From the IMG/VR virus record IMGVR_UViG_3300031867_000009, positions 32,001 to 96,000 of that record: DNA of 64,000 bases. The stretch is one strand, 5' to 3'. The notes under the pieces were generated by a model, which was not told the origin of the DNA, ran no database searches, and saw only the letters and a list, made by a program, of their open reading frames with translations. Source of the DNA: a virus (taxonomy: Duplodnaviria; Caudoviricetes). This document shows positions 58,325 to 64,000 of this stretch, piece after piece (positions within the stretch are counted from its first letter, which is position 1; the number at the start of each line of letters is the position of its first letter). The position numbers and the translations under genes were made by a program.

Positions 58325-58975
58325 CGAATAATAAGAACTCAGTGTAGATGCACGAAACCAGTGTGCTGAGACACAGGCCGAAAGAGTCAGAGCAACGAAG
58401 CAAGGATACTTGTGGATAGCTGCTGTGCTGTTAGGGCGACCGAAGCAGTGTAGAGCGGTGAGCCGCCAAACTCAAGGTGTGGTGCATTTATTATCGCAAT
58501 CAAAGGCAGCATGTGAGTCGGAGGAGTAATAGAAGCGACGATTAAGAGTCGTCGCTGAATCCGAGTTAGGTATAGGTGTGGCAACTTATACACACCTCGG
58601 AAATGCCAACAATCTTCTTTGCCGTGAAGCGGAGAAATCCGTGTATAAGACTTGCGTGTCGCGTGCGAGTAGCCCAGAGGCAAGACTCAGATAGAGTATG
58701 ACAAAAGCAAGGATGCAGGAAAATCCTTTTATTGCCGTAAGGTGGGTGGAAGTTAGGGGTAGTCATTCCCCTCTAGGATTTGGCGAGAGCTGGGGCATAT
58801 TAGGTTAGGGTCGCTCCCTAGTCTTCGGATATGTCTCCCTAGTGGCTGAATATGGTTGAAGATAGTATGTGTAGGGTGAAAGCTCCTTATTGTTCGTAAA
58901 TATCTAAAGCGAATAGAACCGCATAATAGTTCTATCCAGTGGTGACGGGACCACAGATAATTTCCCGTCATATAT
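58325..58975 (+). ncRNA. large structured RNA (~650 nt; ROOL/GOLLD size class, family unconfirmed)
   Basis: 5' cgaataataag pairs with cttattgttcg (58886-58896); internal hairpins gcgacga/tcgtcgc, agggg/cccct, taggg/cccta, tgacggga/tcccgtca; GC-rich, no plus-strand ORF. Confidence 0.7.
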
Positions 58976-59027
58976 GACACCATTGGGGTTGCCTTCTCGT
59001 GGCGGTGTCGTTTAAAACTAAAACCCT
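58976..59027 (+). ncRNA. minimal HDV-like (theta-type) ribozyme 3
   Basis: P1 gacacc/ggtgtc, P2 ggggtt/aaccct, P3 gcc/ggc, L3 ttctcgt, no P4, J4/2 aCtaa. Confidence 0.85.
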
Positions 59028-59064
59028 TGTTTTTTATTATATAAGAAAAGGAGAGTTATAGGCG

Positions 59065-59355
59065 ATGATAATTTCAAGTGAGATTACAGGAAAAACATAC
59101 AAGACAGTAGAAGAGTGCCTTGCAGCAGAGAAGAAATTTGTAGAAGAAAAAGAAGCAAAAGAGAAAGCAGCAAAAGAACTTGAAGCAAAGAAAGATGAGG
59201 CTTATAAGAAGGCTATCGCAGCTTGTGATGAGTATTTGAAGCTGTGCGGCGTTGAAGTTGAATTTGGCGACCACGGTTATACTATGAAATATCATAGTGA
59301 TGGTAGTCTGGCTGATGCAATTTTTGAGGATATTCTTAATACAATGCTGAAGTAG
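59065..59355 (+). CDS. hypothetical protein
   Basis: SEITGKTY.TVEECL.AE pattern; AAGGAG SD. Confidence 0.75.
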   Translation: MIISSEITGKTYKTVEECLAAEKKFVEEKEAKEKAAKELEAKKDEAYKKAIAACDEYLKLCGVEVEFGDHGYTMKYHSDGSLADAIFEDILNTMLK

Positions 59356-59369
59356 AAAGGAGTGAGAGA

Positions 59370-59516
59370 GTGGTTAATATTAAGACGAATAAGCTGTTGG
59401 CTTTGGAAATTAGACTTCATAATTTGAAGAGTAATGGAAGAAATAACGACTCTCCCGGAGTTATAAGAAAGATTGAAAGAGAAATAAGACAGATTAAAGT
59501 ACACGGAGAGGTTTGA
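59370..59516 (+). CDS. small basic protein (not in ORF track)
   Basis: GTG start after AAGGAG; ..RLHNLKSNGRNNDSPGVIRKIEREIR.. Confidence 0.55.
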   Translation: MVNIKTNKLLALEIRLHNLKSNGRNNDSPGVIRKIEREIRQIKVHGEV

Positions 59517-59534
59517 TACCTCTCCTTTTCTTTT
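59505..59534 (+). terminator. intrinsic terminator
   Basis: ggagaggt-ttgat-acctctcc + tttt. Confidence 0.7.
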
Positions 59535-59545
59535 GGAGGATATAT

Positions 59546-59830
59546 ATGGGATTTAAATCAAATGGAATAAGGTGGACTTGGAGCGATAAGTCTACAACAC
59601 CATGTCCGAATTATCATACTACAACCACTAATACTGATGACTCGGAATTGGAAGAGATAACAAAAAAACTTAAAGAGAGTCAACTTACAATAAACACTGC
59701 CCTTCCAGCTGACCCACCAATACAGTATGGTTGGGTTTGTCCAAAGTGTGGCCGCAGTAATTCACCCTGGACGAGCACTTGTTGGTGTTGGGCATTGGGA
59801 CCGAATGGAGTACCAATTATAAAATGTTAA
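59546..59830 (+). CDS. Zn-ribbon protein
   Basis: GWVCPKCGRSNSPWTSTC; GGAGG SD. Confidence 0.7.
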   Translation: MGFKSNGIRWTWSDKSTTPCPNYHTTTTNTDDSELEEITKKLKESQLTINTALPADPPIQYGWVCPKCGRSNSPWTSTCWCWALGPNGVPIIKC

Positions 59831-59889
59831 AATTTTCTTTTTTATTATATTTTTGATATAATATAAGAAAGTAAGAAAGGAGATTTGTA

Positions 59890-60105
59890 ATGAAAAAAGT
59901 AGAAAAGATAGGCGAACTAAGGTTTTGTCTTGATGATTATAGAGATAGTATATATAATGAAAGTATTGATTTAATCTATAGTCTCTATGGTTCAGAGCCT
60001 GATGAAATCCTATCTCTTGATATATTCCGCGGTTATTGTAGACAATTTGCCGCAGCCATGGGTTATAGCGAAAAAAATATTGATGAAGTGTTTGGAGAAT
60101 GGTAA
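59890..60105 (+). CDS. hypothetical protein
   Basis: 71 aa, AAGGAG SD. Confidence 0.7.
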   Translation: MKKVEKIGELRFCLDDYRDSIYNESIDLIYSLYGSEPDEILSLDIFRGYCRQFAAAMGYSEKNIDEVFGEW

Positions 60106-60407
60106 TGGGAACTACGCTACTCAAAGTTGATGAATGGAAATCCCCTTCCGGCCACTACTATGTCGCAGATGTCCATACATGGACGGGGTGGCGCGAGTGT
60201 GCAGATGTCCTCGGAGCAGACACACTCGAAGATTATATTCATTTGCTCAAAACAAAGTATAAAGCTACCATTCATGGCACAATAGGCGTCGATGGTGAAG
60301 AACCAGCCAATGTATTGTTCAATTGGCCTGTTTCTGACTATAAGAACGCTCATCAGTTTAAGCTTGATGTTAATAGAATTGCCCGTAAGAAAAACTACTT
60401 AATATAG
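60099..60407 (+). CDS. hypothetical protein
   Basis: 102 aa coupled ORF. Confidence 0.7.
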   Translation: MVMGTTLLKVDEWKSPSGHYYVADVHTWTGWRECADVLGADTLEDYIHLLKTKYKATIHGTIGVDGEEPANVLFNWPVSDYKNAHQFKLDVNRIARKKNYLI

Positions 60408-60419
60408 GAGAGTTTATCT

Positions 60420-60731
60420 ATGAGTAGAAGCTACAAGAAAAACCCTTACGTGACAGACCGTTCACAAGGAACAAAATATATGAAACGTATTGCTAACCGT
60501 ACAGTGCGCCGGCGCATCAAAGATAACGAAGATATGCCCGCGCGTCTTCCGCATAAGAAGATGACGGAAAGCTGGGATATATGCGATTACAGATGGCGTA
60601 TGACCAGAGAAGATGCAATCCATTGGTATAAGAATGAAATGGAGCATGAAGCATCAACTTATTTTAAAAAGCGTTATCCAACTCTTGAAGCTTGGCTCAA
60701 ATACTGGGATAAATGCTATAGGAGAAAGTGA
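60420..60731 (+). CDS. basic hypothetical protein
   Basis: MSRSYKK..K..ANR.VR..SWDICDY; AGGAG SD. Confidence 0.75.
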   Translation: MSRSYKKNPYVTDRSQGTKYMKRIANRTVRRRIKDNEDMPARLPHKKMTESWDICDYRWRMTREDAIHWYKNEMEHEASTYFKKRYPTLEAWLKYWDKCYRRK

Positions 60732-60958
60732 GACATAAGAATTTTTATTTTAATGATATATATTTAGGCACATTATATGAGAATGGCAGATTTGACTACA
60801 TGGTTAATTCTAACCATAGTCAAGATATGAATGTAGAATCTGTTGTTCACGTATTAGAAAGGATTAGGTTAATAGGATTACAAGATGACTTTGATTTTGA
60901 CAGGTATATCTTAAGTTATGACCAATCCATGTTTAAAGATGGATTTGAGTTTAAATAA
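60728..60958 (+). CDS. hypothetical protein
   Basis: GTGA-coupled 76-aa ORF. Confidence 0.6.
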   Translation: MRHKNFYFNDIYLGTLYENGRFDYMVNSNHSQDMNVESVVHVLERIRLIGLQDDFDFDRYILSYDQSMFKDGFEFK

Positions 60959-60960
60959 GC

Positions 60961-61222
60961 GTGGGCTGGAGTTAAGTCATCCGAACACAAGCGGTCCCAC
61001 CACTCGATACGCGTGAGAGTCAAAAGTCGAGGAACTCCATGGGAAGTCCCCATGCCAGTGCGGGTTGGGCCGCACATAAGACCCCGTATGAGCATACGCA
61101 GTAGGCGCCCGCGCCGGTCTGCGGCGATAGGACGGGGCATATTTTTTGAATGGAACGTGTACGGCGACGGGATAACCGGCTGAGGGCGCACGTTGAAGTT
61201 GGAAGGGCGGGGCGCCAACTTA
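60961..61222 (+). ncRNA. GC-rich structured RNA candidate(s)
   Basis: tandem stems gtggg/cccac, catggg/cccatg, gtgcgg/ccgcac, ccccgt/acgggg, aacgtg/cacgtt, aagttgg/ccaactt. Confidence 0.55.
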
Positions 61223-61236
61223 TTTTGGAGGTAATA

Positions 61237-61407
61237 ATGGATATAGAGATTAAAGATACTCCTTACAATGACCGCTATTGTGGAAATTGTAAGCATTGTG
61301 TAAAAACTGAATTACGATACTGTTTGAAAAATCATGCGTTTGTTGCTAAGAATAAGTGGTGTACTGAATGGTGCGCTGAAGAACGCTTCAACAAATTTGA
61401 AAATTAG
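61237..61407 (+). CDS. small Cys-rich protein
   Basis: CGNCKHC..C...C..WC; GGAGG SD. Confidence 0.65.
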   Translation: MDIEIKDTPYNDRYCGNCKHCVKTELRYCLKNHAFVAKNKWCTEWCAEERFNKFEN

Positions 61408-61425
61408 TAAAATTTTTGCTATAAT
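61397..61425 (+). promoter_or_regulatory. sigmaA-type promoter
   Basis: aaatTTGAAA-17-TATAAT with extended TG. Confidence 0.75.
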
Positions 61426-61454
61426 TATTATAGAAAGTGAGAGAGGTATTAATT

Positions 61455-61676
61455 ATGAGTTCAAACTTTTGGAAGTTCGCTTCAACACTAGAGAAAGAGT
61501 TTCACGTTCCATATGATAGGGACAGTGAAGTAGTTGCTTGTCCTGAGTGTAATGAGTTTATTGAGGGGGACAAATGGGAGTTTGAAGATTATACCTCTTA
61601 CGACAGCGAGGGATATATAGTATATACTTGTCCGATATGCGGCTGCGTGCTTGTATGTCGACCAGTAGAAATCTGA
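61455..61676 (+). CDS. Zn-ribbon protein
   Basis: CPEC...CPICG. Confidence 0.7.
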   Translation: MSSNFWKFASTLEKEFHVPYDRDSEVVACPECNEFIEGDKWEFEDYTSYDSEGYIVYTCPICGCVLVCRPVEI

Positions 61677-61707
61677 CCTGGTCAGTGCGGCGTTGCAGGA
61701 GTATAAT

Positions 61708-62337
61708 ATGGCATATATTTATAAAATCACAAACAATATAAATCAAAAGGTTTATATTGGTCAAACAATTATGACTCCTGTACAGCGATGGCAAAAGCAC
61801 AGGAGTGATGCAAAATTAAATAAACCCTATCCACTATATAGGGCTATGAATAAATATGGTATTGATAATTTTTCATTTGAAATTCTCGAAGAAGTAAAAG
61901 TTGAAGAATTAGATGAAAAAGAACGATATTATATTAATTTATATCATTCTTATATTAATTTTGAAAATAGTAATGGATACAATGCTACATTGGGTGGTAG
62001 TAAAGGTAATCATTACTTTAATCCTTGTATTAATGAAGTTATTGAATGTGCTCAATATATGACTATTAATCAATTAGCTAATCATTTTGGGGTTGGATAT
62101 GCTACAATGAAAAATTATTTACATAATTATAATATTCAACCACAAAAAGGTAGAACTGGTGGTGGAGATAAAAGTATTGCTCAAATAGATATAAATACAA
62201 ATGAAATCATTCAAATTTTTCCAAGCATTGCTGATGCTTCAAGATTTTTTGGTAAAATACCAAAAAATTCTGGCATTAGAGATGTATTAAAAGGAAAAAG
62301 AAAAACTGCTTATGGATATAAGTGGAAGTATATATAA
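61708..62337 (+). CDS. GIY-YIG homing endonuclease with NUMOD1-like C-terminus
   Basis: YIYKITN..KVYIGQT..RW..H, ERYYI, GYN...GG; FPSIADA...KTAYGYKWKY. Confidence 0.85.
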   Translation: MAYIYKITNNINQKVYIGQTIMTPVQRWQKHRSDAKLNKPYPLYRAMNKYGIDNFSFEILEEVKVEELDEKERYYINLYHSYINFENSNGYNATLGGSKGNHYFNPCINEVIECAQYMTINQLANHFGVGYATMKNYLHNYNIQPQKGRTGGGDKSIAQIDINTNEIIQIFPSIADASRFFGKIPKNSGIRDVLKGKRKTAYGYKWKYI

Positions 62338-62382
62338 CAAAAATTTTATAATAGTATATTTTATCGGTAAGTTACCGTTATT

Positions 62383-62483
62383 TGACCACACCAGCGCGGC
62401 GATGCAGAAAGGTCGTTAAAAACAGGGCTGCCGCATCTAAAAAAAGAGTGGCTCGACCCACTGCTGCATAGCGGAGGGCCCAG
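62383..62483 (+). ncRNA. structured RNA candidate
   Basis: tgacc/ggtcg stem + ttaaaaa; gggc/gccc and ccgc/gcgg enclosing gtgg-ctcgac-ccac hairpin. Confidence 0.45.
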
Positions 62484-62494
62484 AGCTTCTTCTT

Positions 62495-62561
62495 GGGATT
62501 GTATCTGCGGAGAAAGGATTAGCGTCAGCTAGTTTAGGGAGTTCGAACCTTCCCAATCCCA
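62495..62561 (+). ncRNA. tRNA-like element (intact acceptor and T arms, aberrant D/anticodon arms)
   Basis: gggattg/caatccc, gggag-TTCGAAC-cttcc, anticodon-like stem with 4-nt GTCA loop, no CCA. Confidence 0.7.
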
Positions 62562-62566
62562 TCTAT

Positions 62567-62692
62567 TGTCGGACGGCTACCGACGTTAAATAAGGCACAG
62601 CGTTAGCATTGATTTGGTAGTTACACTACAGCGAAGGCCGGTTACATGGGAGAATAAGGAAACGGCAATGTGCTGCTTAGGAACAAACGCTA
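62567..62692 (+). ncRNA. structured RNA candidate with pistol-like 5' module
   Basis: gtcgg/ccgac + gttaaata; agcgtt/aacgct, agca..ttg/caa..tgct, gtag/ctac. Confidence 0.5.
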
Positions 62693-62731
62693 TATCAAAG
62701 AGGTCAAGAAAATTACCCTCCCTATTTATTT

Positions 62732-63062
62732 CGTAGGTAGACAAGCATTAAAAGTCACTAAGACAATAGGAGCCCTTGTAGTGGAAAGCAGTGGGGAGAC
62801 ACCACAGAAGGCGGCGGTGGACGGACAGAAGCTATATGCCAGACACAAATCCGCGTAAGCTACCTCAGTTACGAGTCGTTGAATCCACGTGGGATGCGCG
62901 TGATTGAAACTGCACGCCCTACGATTATATAGTTAATGCAGGACATAAGGGCCTGAGGTTGGCGGGCAACGATAAAATCCGAAACTGATGCAGACCTCTG
63001 CGCGCCTCTTAGGGGTAAGTCATTATGACGAAGCTTCCCTTACGCGTACCAGGCAGAGGTTG
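62732..63062 (+). ncRNA. structured RNA candidate (~330 nt, pseudoknotted)
   Basis: long-range cgtagg/cctacg, gcccttgt/ataagggc, acctcag/ctgaggt; terminal acctctgc/gcagaggt stem. Confidence 0.55.
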
Positions 63063-63077
63063 TTTTATAGGTGAATT

Positions 63078-63121
63078 GTGTATGCGGCCGCCCATGTTTA
63101 TACATGGACGACCGCGCGCAC
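63078..63121 (+). repeat. GC-rich hairpin before SD
   Basis: gtgtatgcggccgc-ccatgt-ttat-acatgg-acgaccgcgcgcac. Confidence 0.6.
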
Positions 63122-63140
63122 GTATATGAAAGGCAAAGAC

Positions 63141-63365
63141 ATGAATTGGAATCGGATAGCACATGCTCCAATATGGGTATGGGGTGAATTAGTATGGTAT
63201 TTTAAATGGTGGGTTTGCGTTATTATAATGTTTTTTCACAAACTCTATGATTTTGGAGAGTGGATTTTAGATATAAATGTTAAACTCATTAATGCACATG
63301 ACCAGTTTTGGGATGAGATTGATTATAAAATAGACCATTGGGGTGATTGGAATGAGTTGGATTAA
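63141..63365 (+). CDS. Trp-rich small membrane protein
   Basis: start after GAAAGG SD; hydrophobic segment. Confidence 0.55.
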   Translation: MNWNRIAHAPIWVWGELVWYFKWWVCVIIMFFHKLYDFGEWILDINVKLINAHDQFWDEIDYKIDHWGDWNELD

Positions 63366-63546
63366 AACACAAGAAGGATATATACGACAAGATGCAATTA
63401 TTGATGCACATATTTCGCGTTATTATCCACAAACAATATTTTTTCGTTTGAGTTGTGGAGATGTGGTAAAGTTTTATGATTTTAAAACTCCTGAAGCCGC
63501 GCAGACAGCTTTAGAAAAAGTTATAGATGAATTAGATAGCGAGTAA
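63352..63546 (+). CDS. hypothetical protein
   Basis: MSWIKTQEG.. ORF; stop lies inside tRNA acceptor stem. Confidence 0.6.
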   Translation: MSWIKTQEGYIRQDAIIDAHISRYYPQTIFFRLSCGDVVKFYDFKTPEAAQTALEKVIDELDSE

Positions 63547-63625
63547 TGGCGTAATGGTATCGCACCGCACTGCTAATGCGGCCAACCGAGAGGTTGTCTG
63601 AGTTCGATTCTCAGTTACTCGGCCA
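63540..63625 (+). tRNA. tRNA-Ser(GCT)
   Basis: acceptor cgagtaa/ttactcg, G discriminator + CCA, anticodon arm ccgca-ctGCTaa-tgcgg, long variable arm caacc/ggttg, T arm ctgag-ttcgatt-ctcag. Confidence 0.92.
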
Positions 63626-63663
63626 AGCTAGTTATATTAAAGGATTAAAGGAGAAAAAATTTT

Positions 63664-64000
63664 ATGGCAATTTTAAAACTGTCTGCCCCATGGCACACTT
63701 ATTACAAGGAGTTAAACGAGTTATTTAAGTTTGATGATGAAGTTCGTATTGTGTATGATACTGATGAACAAATCATTAACATCTACGTTGAGAGTACTGC
63801 AAAAGCTGATGCAATGGCCGCAGTATTACCAACTGAAAAAGAATTTGGTGCTATAACAGTTCAAATCAATGTTATTCCAGCAAACCCAACTTTTAAAAAG
63901 GCTAAAAGCGTTAGAGGTTCACTTTACGAAGATTTATTCCGCGGCAATCCAATTGTTGATGATATCGTGACAATTGAAGGGGTAATGACAAATCCAATTA
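63664..64000 (+). CDS. hypothetical protein (runs off window end)
   Basis: AAGGAG SD, open frame MAILKLSAPWHTYYKEL.. to end. Confidence 0.7.
   Translation, partial: MAILKLSAPWHTYYKELNELFKFDDEVRIVYDTDEQIINIYVESTAKADAMAAVLPTEKEFGAITVQINVIPANPTFKKAKSVRGSLYEDLFRGNPIVDDIVTIEGVMTNPI

Noticed and set aside
58387-58983. Minus-strand ORFs 58387..58683, 58566..58766, 58753..58983
   Set aside because: No SD, atypical composition, antisense to a structured RNA
60969-61040. Twister ribozyme (ggagtTAA...gcggtccca...gagg-aactcc)
   Set aside because: P2 and P4 cannot be paired as required; only word-level similarity
61674-62490. Group I intron hosting the GIY-YIG gene
   Set aside because: No recognisable P7/R-S core and no interrupted gene or tRNA halves on either side
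62770-62990. RNase P RNA or hammerhead ribozyme
   Set aside because: Lacks the GAGGAAAGUCC/P4 pairing; ctgatg is not followed by A and GAAA is misplaced
63540-63625. tRNA as prophage attachment site or host boundary
   Set aside because: No integrase or duplicated tRNA 3' end in the window, and flanking genes remain phage-like

Overview
A 64-kb segment of a large, AT-rich, tailed dsDNA phage. It is probably siphovirus-like and, from its sigmaA-type promoters, strong SD sequences and Gram-positive-type lysins, probably infects a Bacillota host. It uses standard genetic code 11. Layout: (1) 1-19.2 kb, minus strand: replication/recombination module (RecJ, primase, DnaB, Sak4-like ATPase, SSB-like protein, GyrA/GyrB, UvrD-like helicase) with free-standing endonucleases. 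(2) 19.3-53 kb, plus strand: tail module (Dit, Tal/hub, LamG protein, a long array of Thr/Ser-rich modular fibre genes, BspA-type LRR proteins, a glycosyltransferase moron), then a holin and two lysins. (3) 53-57.7 kb: small-gene arrays and an ATP-dependent DNA ligase. (4) 57.8-63.6 kb: a non-coding-RNA-rich region. The main finding is a ~1.25-kb non-coding transcription unit (57.76-59.03 kb) with three HDV-like (theta-type) ribozyme folds and no tRNA. These would cut it into an anti-Shine-Dalgarno hairpin sRNA complementary to the phage's own early-gene leaders, a ~290-nt structured RNA and a ~650-nt ROOL/GOLLD-sized RNA. More unassigned structured RNAs, a tRNA-like element and a tRNA-Ser(GCT) follow. 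All calls come from manual motif and base-pairing inspection; no database searches were run.
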